Below, in pieces: positions 21,277 to 29,243 of a DNA stretch of 64,000 nucleotides. Both the position numbers and the translations under genes were made by a program. Positions within the stretch are counted from its first letter, which is position 1. Each line of letters opens with the position of its first letter. The notes under the pieces were generated by a model. The model was given only the letters and a program-made list of their open reading frames with translations, had not been told where the DNA came from and searched no databases. Source of the DNA: a virus; IMG/VR virus record IMGVR_UViG_3300025138_000015. One strand, written 5' to 3'.

Positions 21277-21440
21277 GTGCATAGTCGCCCCACGCTTTAC
21301 AGCATCCCGCTCTATACCGATTATTCCGCTATTAGCCAATAATCTTTCCCTTACTTGGTGCCCCCATTTCTGTCCACGGTCCAAGTCTGCCCTTGTTCTT
21401 GCATCACTCATACATAATATAAACACAAGGGCACCCAACT
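21277..21440 (-). ncRNA. Candidate structured RNA between gp32 and rpsU
   Basis: GC-rich intergenic region with four consecutive hairpins and an alternative pairing. Confidence 0.5.
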
Positions 21441-21446
21441 CAAAGA

Positions 21447-22346
21447 TTAACTGTCTTCAGCTAATCTTTTGAAGTAATCCATCGCGTCGTCGCCGTCACT
21501 TGTTTGTTCAGTTGACGATTCTGCTGATGCGATTACAGGTTCAGTTGCAACACTTTCAGTGTTTACATTTCCCCAAGGCACTTCCTCTTGGTCTTCTGCA
21601 ATACTTTCTGCTGTGCTACCTGATACTGCACCTGATAGACCTAACACTCTATCAAGTTTCTCTTTGAGTTCGTCATAAGACTTGAACTCGTCTGGAGAGA
21701 TTACTTCACTTAAAGAATGAACTTGACTAAATGTAGAGTTAATCATTGCTTCATCACCTAACGGAGATGTAGAGTCGAACTCTGATTTGTCGTAGTTCCA
21801 GTAACCATCAACTTTTCTGATTTTGATTTTAAAGTTTGCACCTTCGGTCATATCAAATGGGTTGATTGCACTTTCATCTTCAAATGCTGGAGAGATTGCT
21901 TCTTTGAGTTGTTCAAAGATTTTCTTTCCAAATCTGTATTTGAAAACTCTACCTTCATTGTCTGGATTTTTAGGGTCTGAAACAACATAGACATTTGAGA
22001 CATAGTGAAGTCTACGCTTCTGCTTTCTCGCACTTTCTTTGTTTGCTTCAATACCTGTATTCCATAATGTAGTATTGTATTCAGACACAGGGTCTTTTTT
22101 ATTAAGAGTCGTTAGAGACTTCTCAATATACCACCCACCAGGTCCTTGAAATCCGTGGTCCCAATATGAAACCCATGGCATTTCTTCGCCTTCTGGAGTT
22201 GGTAAAAAACGAACTACTGCATAACCGTTACCTGATTTATCAAGTTCTGGTTTCCACATAGTATCGTCATTAAAGGATTTTTTCTCACCTTGAGCTGGTG
22301 ATGCGGTTTCCATGGCCGCTCTGAGCTTATCTAATGATGCTGACAT
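21447..22346 (-). CDS. gp32: Single-stranded DNA-binding protein gp32
   Basis: WKPELDKSGNGYAVVRFLP, HGFQGPGGWYIE, YWNYDKSEF, acidic tail DDAMDYFKRLAED. Confidence 0.97.
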   Translation of the reverse strand: MSASLDKLRAAMETASPAQGEKKSFNDDTMWKPELDKSGNGYAVVRFLPTPEGEEMPWVSYWDHGFQGPGGWYIEKSLTTLNKKDPVSEYNTTLWNTGIEANKESARKQKRRLHYVSNVYVVSDPKNPDNEGRVFKYRFGKKIFEQLKEAISPAFEDESAINPFDMTEGANFKIKIRKVDGYWNYDKSEFDSTSPLGDEAMINSTFSQVHSLSEVISPDEFKSYDELKEKLDRVLGLSGAVSGSTAESIAEDQEEVPWGNVNTESVATEPVIASAESSTEQTSDGDDAMDYFKRLAEDS

Positions 22347-22423
22347 TGTATTCTCCTATTATATTCGTATAACATTGTATTTGCATTTTATTAAACAGTA
22401 CAAACCTATGCACTGCCTAGTCC

Positions 22424-22452
22424 ATTATAAGACTTACATAGTGTCCTGTCAA
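22424..22452 (-). promoter_or_regulatory. Consensus sigma70 promoter for gp32
   Basis: TTGACA-17 nt-TATAAT. Confidence 0.88.
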
Positions 22453-22482
22453 CCAGGTTTTCTGTAAAACTTATAAAGTCCT

Positions 22483-22498
22483 GGGTATATTTATACCC
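22483..22498 (-). promoter_or_regulatory. Late promoter TATAAATA embedded in a palindrome
   Basis: GGGTATAAATATACCC. Confidence 0.75.
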
Positions 22499-22508
22499 AA
22501 AATTGGTA

Positions 22509-23099
22509 CTACTCACACAAATCTATTAGTAATGATTTGTATTTCACTCGGTTGAATTCCACGAATGATTTGTATTTGTTTATTTTGACATGAATTCCAG
22601 GATAAATGATTCTCTCTGATATCAATCTATCCCAATCTTTAGTGAATCCTATAATACCATCCATTATACAGATTGTTTCTAAAGATACTTTCTTTGCCAT
22701 AAACTCTTTTAAAAGAATAGGGTGTTGTCCGTTTTTAACTTCTAACACCTTCTGAATCTTCCTTTTACGAAGTAAATCGCTTACTTCGGTTTCGAATAGA
22801 TAAGATAACTTTTGATTATTCTTTTTCCATTCTTTGTAAACTTTAACACACTCATCACTCAATAAGTCTCCTGCCCACAAATCTTTTTTAGAAAGGTTTG
22901 CAATATAGAAATCTTGTAGTTCGTGTTTGTATGTTCTAAACAGTTTACCAAAATGATATCTGTCCTTTCGTTTGAGAAAGGACTTTATATCTGCTTTGAC
23001 TTTGCCATTATACTTAACAAAGTCATAGTCGTTAGAATAGAAGTGTAATTTTATACCAAGGTATAAAGTGTATGCATCATATCCTTCACGACTCGTCAT
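22509..23099 (-). CDS. gp59: Helicase loader gp59
   Basis: YTLYLGIKLHF..DYDFVKYNGK, RKDRYHFGKL, HPILLK, SLET motifs. Confidence 0.92.
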   Translation of the reverse strand: MTSREGYDAYTLYLGIKLHFYSNDYDFVKYNGKVKADIKSFLKRKDRYHFGKLFRTYKHELQDFYIANLSKKDLWAGDLLSDECVKVYKEWKKNNQKLSYLFETEVSDLLRKRKIQKVLEVKNGQHPILLKEFMAKKVSLETICIMDGIIGFTKDWDRLISERIIYPGIHVKINKYKSFVEFNRVKYKSLLIDLCE

Positions 23100-23407
23100 T
23101 AAGTAATGATTTTCTTTTCAGGTGGTGTTTGAATTAATGGTTCTTCTTTACCAATATTCGCAACTGCAGTTTGATGTGCCTCTGCTACCATTTCATTACA
23201 CTCTGATACGAATACATAAGTTTGTACAACCATAGATTCAGGATTTTCTTTTCCTGTCACTGCGACTCCTTTAGCAAACCCCATACCACCTTCTGGATTC
23301 TTAACAATCATTTTCGGATTTTTAAGAGTCAATGGTTCAGTCTTTGCAAGTTCCCCTACATACTCTCCAGTAAAAGTCACAACGGTGACTACATCTCCTT
23401 TTTTCAT
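23099..23407 (-). CDS. Hypothetical protein (possible Sm-like beta-barrel)
   Basis: GDVVTVVTFTGEYVGEL..LTLKNP pattern; AGGAG RBS. Confidence 0.55.
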   Translation of the reverse strand: MKKGDVVTVVTFTGEYVGELAKTEPLTLKNPKMIVKNPEGGMGFAKGVAVTGKENPESMVVQTYVFVSECNEMVAEAHQTAVANIGKEEPLIQTPPEKKIIT

Positions 23408-23418
23408 AATATCTCCTA

Positions 23419-23661
23419 TTATTTTTTAGTGTCAAAGAAACCTGATAAGGTTGCTTGACTATTAGTTCCACGATTTACCATATTTAAACCTGTTGCCTCT
23501 GCTTCTAACTTCTCCTTTAAAGGTGGAGATAAAAGTCTTTTGGCACTTTCAGGTTCTAATTGGTTCTCTTCACATACTTTAAGTATAGCAGACATTACAT
23601 CTGATTTACCATAACGGCATATCTTCTCTACTTTTTCTGTAAATTCTTTTTTTGATATCAT
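23419..23661 (-). CDS. gp33: Late transcription co-activator gp33
   Basis: AILKVCEENQLEPESAKRLLSPPLKEKLEAEATGLN motif. Confidence 0.88.
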   Translation of the reverse strand: MISKKEFTEKVEKICRYGKSDVMSAILKVCEENQLEPESAKRLLSPPLKEKLEAEATGLNMVNRGTNSQATLSGFFDTKK

Positions 23662-23928
23662 CTAAATTTCTCCAACTTCGTAAGTGGTATCGAAACCACC
23701 TTTTCTCATAGTCCACATATCTTCGTATGAGTCAAGTGTATCTAAATCACAAATAAGGTCATTGATTGCATTTTGTTTATCGTCTGAAAGTTCTTCAATC
23801 TCATCTTCAAGGAAAGACATGAACTCTTCTTCTGTGACTCCAATCTCTGTCAACATTTCTGTTTCAACTTCCTTTTGATTAGCAATCTTAGTTTGATGCC
23901 ATTCGTTTTCTATAAATCTAATTCCCAT
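23662..23928 (-). CDS. Acidic hypothetical protein
   Basis: Tightly packed ORF with GGAG RBS. Confidence 0.65.
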   Translation of the reverse strand: MGIRFIENEWHQTKIANQKEVETEMLTEIGVTEEEFMSFLEDEIEELSDDKQNAINDLICDLDTLDSYEDMWTMRKGGFDTTYEVGEI

Positions 23929-23929
23929 T

Positions 23930-24598
23930 TTATACTCCGTATATGTTTTTATATTGTTTTCTTAATTGAACTAAATCATCAATGTAGTCTAAAGGATTAC
24001 ATGAGAATAATTGAAAAGCATTAAGACCTTCTACTGCTACTAGAGCAACACATTCTTGTACTGCCTGTCCTGTCAACTCTTCTACCATAAGTGCATATGC
24101 AGTCATTTGAATAAACCATGGTTTTGCCATGTACTCTTCTTTATACTTACCACTTGTTTTGAAATCTATAATACATAATTGTTCATCTAAGATACCGACA
24201 CAATCAACACGACCTGCCATTTCCAGATTTGGTGAGAACAAAGGTGCCTCTAAAGCAAGAGGTATAATTTCATCTAATACAGGTTGCATTGCATTGAACA
24301 TGCCTCGTTGTAAATCATTCTCTATAACAATATCTTTCTCAGCACGAAGATAGTCTTCTACTAATTGATGAAAGTTTGTTCCTCGTTTTGTTGCTGATGC
24401 TGTAATCTTGTTTGCAGTCTCTTCACCAACTCGTTTTCTCCAGAGTTTGATGTGTTCTCTATTTAAAAGACCTGTGACTGTTGTGACTGAAGGATACTTT
24501 GCTTCCATACCCTCGAACTGATACATTCTTTTACCGTCTTCACTTACAGTCTTTGCTTGTAGATTTTCTAAATCTGTTATTTCTATAAAATTTTGCAT
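23930..24598 (-). CDS. PD-(D/E)xK exonuclease (Cas4-like)
   Basis: YPSVTTV, RGTNFH, AGRVDC, IIDFKTS, Q..AY motifs; start refined to MQNFIE. Confidence 0.88.
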   Translation of the reverse strand: MQNFIEITDLENLQAKTVSEDGKRMYQFEGMEAKYPSVTTVTGLLNREHIKLWRKRVGEETANKITASATKRGTNFHQLVEDYLRAEKDIVIENDLQRGMFNAMQPVLDEIIPLALEAPLFSPNLEMAGRVDCVGILDEQLCIIDFKTSGKYKEEYMAKPWFIQMTAYALMVEELTGQAVQECVALVAVEGLNAFQLFSCNPLDYIDDLVQLRKQYKNIYGV

Positions 24599-24617
24599 TT
24601 GTTTATACATTATACTA

Positions 24618-24950
24618 CTACTTGTTGTTTTTGGATAGGCGGTTTTTAGTTTGTAAGTCAACATGTTTATTGACTATCTCTCTGGTCTTAATATCTTTTG
24701 CATCTTGTACACCAGCAATCTTATCTGCCATTGGTGAGAGTTTATGACCAGATGCAACTTTATGTAATACTTCTTTAAACCCTCCGTCAACTTTAACACG
24801 GTCTCCGTGGCCACCAACAATACTAGGAGTTCCAAGTATCTTTTGTAATAGGTGTGGATTGTCTAATTTGAATTGGTCGAGTTTGGTGTAAGACATGTTA
24901 TGTTCTTCTATTTCACCAGTCTCATTATTTAAAAAATCATATAAGGGCAT
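24618..24950 (-). CDS. FmdB-like putative regulatory protein
   Basis: MPLYDFLNNETGE N-terminus, NPHL, GFKEVL motifs. Confidence 0.65.
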   Translation of the reverse strand: MPLYDFLNNETGEIEEHNMSYTKLDQFKLDNPHLLQKILGTPSIVGGHGDRVKVDGGFKEVLHKVASGHKLSPMADKIAGVQDAKDIKTREIVNKHVDLQTKNRLSKNNK

Positions 24951-24952
24951 AA

Positions 24953-25489
24953 TTATCTCATCATAAAATGTGGAATATCTCGTTGAGTCCACTTTGCGAA
25001 ATCTTTTTTGTATTCGCGGTAGTATTTATGATAGGCCTCAATAGAGTTTCCTGGAACTTTGACATCTTCAGGCATACATTGAGGTGGTTCTGACCAAGTA
25101 CCTAATGTGATATTATCAGGTAAACAATTAAGAATGTTTCTAAGTTTAGTATCAGTTAGGTGTTCTCTCTCATATCTGTATGTGTATTCGTCACACAATG
25201 CAGTAAACATATCGAATGCATATTGATATTGAATTGCATTCTCACGCACCCACCTGGTAGAGGGATGATTGATATGTGATGCCTTGTATAAGATATCTTC
25301 TCTATCGTAATCTAATCTCCACCTTTGAATTCTACGACCACTAGATGCATCAGTGTATTGTTCACCGTCTAACATTCTATGTGCAGTGGATAACATTTGT
25401 GCATACTCGATAATCATCTTAACTACATGTTTATCACAATGTAGTTTTGCACTGACTTCGGGTTCTTCGTGTAAGTAAAATAAATTCAT
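24953..25489 (-). CDS. Pyrimidine-dimer DNA glycosylase (DenV)-related protein
   Basis: MNLFYL...HCDKHVVKMIIEYAQMLSTAHR, YKASHINHPS, PPQCMP motifs. Confidence 0.75.
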   Translation of the reverse strand: MNLFYLHEEPEVSAKLHCDKHVVKMIIEYAQMLSTAHRMLDGEQYTDASSGRRIQRWRLDYDREDILYKASHINHPSTRWVRENAIQYQYAFDMFTALCDEYTYRYEREHLTDTKLRNILNCLPDNITLGTWSEPPQCMPEDVKVPGNSIEAYHKYYREYKKDFAKWTQRDIPHFMMR

Positions 25490-25791
25490 AGTTCCTTGAT
25501 TTCTTGTAGAATAGATTCTACATTATCCCATGCAAGGTGTCCAACGACATCTTGTGTTATAGGAGTATGGTATGTTATTTCACCTGTTTTGTCAACCGTG
25601 AAATCTAAGACTGCAAGTTCCCATAATCCATTCTGACCACCATAACTGAAATCGTGTTTCACTACAGAGGCACCATAATCATTGCTGAACTTATAACGAT
25701 GTTGAACACCATTATTAATATAGTCCGTGTTTAAGAGAAACTCTCTATGTCGTTTATGACCATGAACTTTGTCTATCGGTTTATCATACAT
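25486..25791 (-). CDS. Conserved phage hypothetical protein
   Basis: FSNDYGASVV, GLWELAVL, YHTPITQDVVGHL. Confidence 0.75.
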   Translation of the reverse strand: MYDKPIDKVHGHKRHREFLLNTDYINNGVQHRYKFSNDYGASVVKHDFSYGGQNGLWELAVLDFTVDKTGEITYHTPITQDVVGHLAWDNVESILQEIKEL

Positions 25792-26153
25792 TATACTAAC
25801 TCCTTAATAATACTAACTAACACATTACCGTATTGTGCAAACCAACCTTGTTCTTCTGTTAGTGCAATACCATATTGGTCTGCAATCAGTATTGCAGTGT
25901 CGGTACCTAAGAATAGATTTCCTGCAAGTGTAAAACCTGCAACACTAATCAATAGAATCAGGTGGTCATTTGTTTTAAAACTATGAATCATATATCCTAA
26001 ACAACCAATCATTATCGCTGATAGACTATAAATCTCCATGTGAAAGTTCCCACTCATTGCAAGTGTAAGACCGGCAAATACAAATACTGTGGAGACTATT
26101 TTAAGTCCAGTCAACATTGCATTTGTTATTTTAGTTTTAGTTCTCTTAGTCAT
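25791..26153 (-). CDS. Hypothetical membrane protein
   Basis: Three hydrophobic segments; AGGAG RBS. Confidence 0.65.
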   Translation of the reverse strand: MTKRTKTKITNAMLTGLKIVSTVFVFAGLTLAMSGNFHMEIYSLSAIMIGCLGYMIHSFKTNDHLILLISVAGFTLAGNLFLGTDTAILIADQYGIALTEEQGWFAQYGNVLVSIIKELV

Positions 26154-26156
26154 AAT

Positions 26157-26312
26157 TTACTCCTTTATGTCTCTCAACCAATCCCTATAATGAACTGGAT
26201 TTTCTGTTACCTTTAAATACTCTTGGTACTCTTCTTTGTTTTCTTTTGACTTTGTCATAGCAGTAACCCAACCGTCTGAGTTATCTTGCCATGTCTTAGT
26301 ATTTTCTGTCAT
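26157..26312 (-). CDS. Hypothetical protein
   Basis: MTENTKTWQDNSDGW; in line with neighbouring genes. Confidence 0.55.
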   Translation of the reverse strand: MTENTKTWQDNSDGWVTAMTKSKENKEEYQEYLKVTENPVHYRDWLRDIKE

Positions 26313-26372
26313 AAACCTAATATGAAAGCCAAAGGGATAAAAATATATAAACCCCAAATTAATTTTTCTACT

Positions 26373-26540
26373 CTATCGAATTGTTCTTTTGTCGGCATGT
26401 TTTTCTCCTTCGTCTTCATCAAATGGACAACCATTGTGTCCTATCATTGATTTGTTTTTTTGTTCTTCTCTCCATCTTAGGAAGTCTATTGCAACCTCTT
26501 TTGATGTATGTGTAAGTGTTGATATCTTTTGTCTTTTCAT
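26373..26540 (-). CDS. Hypothetical protein
   Basis: ATG overlaps the SleB stop; IGHNG motif. Confidence 0.55.
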   Translation of the reverse strand: MKRQKISTLTHTSKEVAIDFLRWREEQKNKSMIGHNGCPFDEDEGEKHADKRTIR

Positions 26541-27052
26541 TTGTAAAATATGTGATGTGTTATTTGAACTGTTTCGTTTAAGGTATCTGCCCAATACGGC
26601 TCAACCCATAAGTTGTGGTAATGTGTTGCACCCTCTGTAATGTCTGGATACTTACCCATAAGAACATCTTGTGCAACTATATAAGATTCGTAAAATGTAT
26701 CAGTGTCTAAAGGTTCGTCTGATTTACCATCACAGAACCAACTAAACTGACATTGATTCCTAATCGGAATCATATTGCCCTTCCAGTTCTCTTTGTACTT
26801 CGCATCATATACAACACCACACACATTTTCTGGATATGCACTATGTTCCATTCTGTTAAGAACAACATGTGCAACTGCAACTTTACCTGCAAGGGGTTGA
26901 TTGCCTGCCTCGAAGTAAATGTTTTTTGCGAGACAAACATTCTCACCGTTCTCATCTGAGGCATGAAGAAGACTAGGCATTAACATGATGAACATAAGTA
27001 ATGCACCAAATCCCATACCAATTAAAAAAGCTCTGTAAGTATCACTCATCAT
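26537..27052 (-). CDS. Cell-wall hydrolase, SleB/Hydrolase_2 family
   Basis: CLAKNIYFEAG, AVAHVVLNR, CQFSW, GATHYH, HIFYK; N-terminal TM/signal. Confidence 0.92.
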   Translation of the reverse strand: MMSDTYRAFLIGMGFGALLMFIMLMPSLLHASDENGENVCLAKNIYFEAGNQPLAGKVAVAHVVLNRMEHSAYPENVCGVVYDAKYKENWKGNMIPIRNQCQFSWFCDGKSDEPLDTDTFYESYIVAQDVLMGKYPDITEGATHYHNLWVEPYWADTLNETVQITHHIFYK

Positions 27053-27152
27053 TTTTCTCCCAAGGAAAGGGTTTGTTAATATGCAACCCTATAAAAATCA
27101 TACTAAACATAATCACACATAGTAAGAAACCTCCTAAAAATCCTATTTCCAT
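27042..27152 (-). CDS. Small membrane protein
   Basis: MEIGFLGGFLLCVIMFSMIFIGLHINKPFPWE. Confidence 0.5.
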   Translation of the reverse strand: MEIGFLGGFLLCVIMFSMIFIGLHINKPFPWEKNDE

Positions 27153-27153
27153 A

Positions 27154-27360
27154 TTAACACCCACTGGTTGTGTGTGCATATGCATCGGGACAATCTTTGA
27201 CTCCACACATACATTCGTCTTCGAACATATCACCTTGATTTGGGTTCATGTCTTGTGCGTTAGTTGTTCCGTAAGTTGCAAGATTATAAACATCATCTGC
27301 TGATAACTTACCCTCTGTACATTGTGCAATTAGTTTTGCACTTTCGTAATTAAGCGACAT
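27154..27360 (-). CDS. Hypothetical protein
   Basis: GGAG RBS; CMCGVKDCPDAYAH C-terminal motif. Confidence 0.6.
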   Translation of the reverse strand: MSLNYESAKLIAQCTEGKLSADDVYNLATYGTTNAQDMNPNQGDMFEDECMCGVKDCPDAYAHTTSGC

Positions 27361-27739
27361 ATCTTTCTCCGTTATGGTTCTCACCGTTTCTATTAAAGTT
27401 ATCAAGTATCATGTCAACAACATCTGTTGCCCATATTGATTTACCACCAACATGCCATTGATACTCTTCAGTAGGAATTCTACCGTCTTTCCAATTATAA
27501 ATTGTGACTGTCTCATAGTTCCAGTCGTCATAGTCAATCTCATCAACATTATTTGCATCGTACCATTTGGTATCTAAGTACCACTCACAATTGACTTTGT
27601 CATATGGGTCTGCACTTGTGAATGTTGGTGGACCTAAAACTTGACACAACCTGTCATAGGTTGTTGTCTTATATCCTTGCAATGAAGTCCCACCTGATGT
27701 CATATCAGGAGAACACACTTCGTAATCTTTTATTATCAT
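27350..27739 (-). CDS. Conserved phage hypothetical protein (early)
   Basis: TSLQGY...LGPPT, DKVNCEW, TIYNWK, WHVGG; directly behind a promoter cassette. Confidence 0.75.
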   Translation of the reverse strand: MIIKDYEVCSPDMTSGGTSLQGYKTTTYDRLCQVLGPPTFTSADPYDKVNCEWYLDTKWYDANNVDEIDYDDWNYETVTIYNWKDGRIPTEEYQWHVGGKSIWATDVVDMILDNFNRNGENHNGERYVA

Positions 27740-27744
27740 ATTAA

Positions 27745-27797
27745 GTCTCCTTTTTCACTATAGGTATATGGTATCAAAAAGTGATACGCATTGTCAA
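27745..27797 (-). promoter_or_regulatory. Early promoter + RBS cassette, copy 1 of a 53-bp direct repeat
   Basis: TTGACA-18-TACCAT...AAAGGAG; 52/53 identical to 28377-28429. Confidence 0.85.
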
Positions 27798-27800
27798 GCC

Positions 27801-27995
27801 CTATCTTGGATAAATTGTAAATGTTGTTGCATACTCTTTGATGCAATGATGAGGTGTTCTATTGTAAACACCTGGTATTGATTTGCCTCTGTACCTAATC
27901 CTCGAAGGATTATTCTTTAGAAAGTCTAAAACGAATTTGTGGTTCCTTACATTCATAGGAAGATTGGCATATTTAATATCGTATAAATTATCCAT
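27801..27995 (-). CDS. Hypothetical protein
   Basis: RIRYRG..., C-terminal FTIYPR; GGAGG RBS. Confidence 0.55.
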   Translation of the reverse strand: MDNLYDIKYANLPMNVRNHKFVLDFLKNNPSRIRYRGKSIPGVYNRTPHHCIKEYATTFTIYPR

Positions 27996-28372
27996 TAAAC
28001 AAACCCTCCGTCTCTCTTTGTTCCTGCAATTGCACCTGAACAATAACCAGGTCCGTACATGAATCTATCACCTAATTTAAGAACAGGATAACCATCTACG
28101 AGATTACCTCTTGCTTTGTTTAGAGCAGGAGTTCCCCACCCAGCAGCGAGAAGAACATCTCCTTCTTTGAAATTTGGATTTGATTTGTTGATGAAGCCCC
28201 ATACAGAACCACCACCACCATTTGAATCATCATAAGATACTATTTTAATATACTTACGACCTGCTTTAGCAACATAATAAGCACCATCTTCGGCACAATG
28301 AGGCCACCTTTCACATTTAAGTTCAGTCAATTCTGCACAAAGTTGGTCTACATATTCGTTTAAGTCTTTCAT
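27995..28372 (-). CDS. Conserved phage hypothetical protein (early)
   Basis: GRKYIKIV, VWGFINK, GDVLLAAGWGTPALNKARGN; start refined to MKDLNE behind AGGAG. Confidence 0.75.
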   Translation of the reverse strand: MKDLNEYVDQLCAELTELKCERWPHCAEDGAYYVAKAGRKYIKIVSYDDSNGGGGSVWGFINKSNPNFKEGDVLLAAGWGTPALNKARGNLVDGYPVLKLGDRFMYGPGYCSGAIAGTKRDGGFV

Positions 28373-28376
28373 AATT

Positions 28377-28429
28377 GTCTCCTTTTTCATTATAGGTATA
28401 TGGTATCAAAAAGTGATACGCATTGTCAA
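28377..28429 (-). promoter_or_regulatory. Early promoter + RBS cassette, copy 2 of the 53-bp direct repeat
   Basis: TTGACA-18-TACCAT...AAAGGAG. Confidence 0.85.
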
Positions 28430-28431
28430 CC

Positions 28432-28509
28432 CTATAAGAATAGAACTACATATGCACATGTGAAACATAGACCGATAAATCCAATTATCATCATTCTGTC
28501 GTCATTCAT
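28432..28509 (-). CDS. 25-aa membrane peptide
   Basis: Not in track; MNDDRMMIIGFIGLCFTCAYVVLFL with AGGAG RBS. Confidence 0.5.
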   Translation of the reverse strand: MNDDRMMIIGFIGLCFTCAYVVLFL

Positions 28510-28518
28510 ATATTTCTC

Positions 28519-28695
28519 CTAAATTTCGTATGGCAAATAGTCTTCTACTATCTCTTTGACTTTCTTTTCAGAGTACCAAAGACCACTGAACATTGATTCA
28601 GTTCCATCTTCCCATTGAACATAGTATCTCTTATAACCGAATGGTCTATCTGAAAAGATTCTAATATTTCCGTATGATTCTACTAATACTCTCAT
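28519..28695 (-). CDS. Hypothetical protein (58 aa)
   Basis: Not in track; MRVLVESYGNIRIFSDRPFGYKRYYVQWEDG; ATGA overlap with the upstream gene. Confidence 0.6.
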   Translation of the reverse strand: MRVLVESYGNIRIFSDRPFGYKRYYVQWEDGTESMFSGLWYSEKKVKEIVEDYLPYEI

Positions 28696-28922
28696 GCAAG
28701 TAACCCCTCATTTAAATCTAAGAACTCTAAAATTATTTCTCGTTCTGACTTCTTTAAGTCTTTTATTTCTTGGAGACCCCAAGTAGTTCCGATAGTCGTG
28801 AGTCTATTGCCAGCAACAACACAAGTATTCCACTTTGCATCATCTTTAGCAAACACTTTATTCTCTTCTGCCTGTGTTATCATTTCTCGACCTAGTTTGA
28901 CTAACTTCATTGTTTCGTCCAT
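28692..28922 (-). CDS. Hypothetical early protein
   Basis: AGGAG RBS; downstream of a sigma70 promoter. Confidence 0.65.
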   Translation of the reverse strand: MDETMKLVKLGREMITQAEENKVFAKDDAKWNTCVVAGNRLTTIGTTWGLQEIKDLKKSEREIILEFLDLNEGLLA

Positions 28923-28954
28923 GTTATACTCCTGTATTGTTATTAACAGTGTCT

Positions 28955-28984
28955 AGTATACTAAAAAGTGTAGGGTAATGTAAA
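28955..28984 (-). promoter_or_regulatory. Sigma70-type early promoter
   Basis: TTTACA-18-TATACT with the CACTTTTT spacer motif shared with other early promoters. Confidence 0.7.
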
Positions 28985-28990
28985 GCGGTT

Positions 28991-29239
28991 TTATAAACTC
29001 TTTTGAATGTCGTCTAATTCTTGGAGTTTCTTATTGATAATTTCCACTCTGTTAGGCCAGTAGATGTAATCCTTATCTGAATCCTTTGCAAGATTCTCTA
29101 ACAGTGGTCTTACAAAGTTATCCAATTTGTTGATTACATCCGTTGCAGTTGTAGTCTTCTCAATTATCTTTGTATCAATGGCCGCAAGTTCGTCTGCATC
29201 CATCGCTGTAAATCCGAAATCGTTATATTCTGTACTCAT
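28991..29239 (-). CDS. Conserved T4-like hypothetical protein
   Basis: DFGFTAMD, PLLENLAKD..KDYIYWPNR; CTAAATA late box 5 nt upstream. Confidence 0.75.
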   Translation of the reverse strand: MSTEYNDFGFTAMDADELAAIDTKIIEKTTTATDVINKLDNFVRPLLENLAKDSDKDYIYWPNRVEIINKKLQELDDIQKSL

Positions 29240-29243
29240 AGTA

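Noticed and set aside
21244-21438. 64-aa minus-strand ORF between gp32 and rpsU
   Set aside because: No clear start or RBS; the region is better explained as structured RNA
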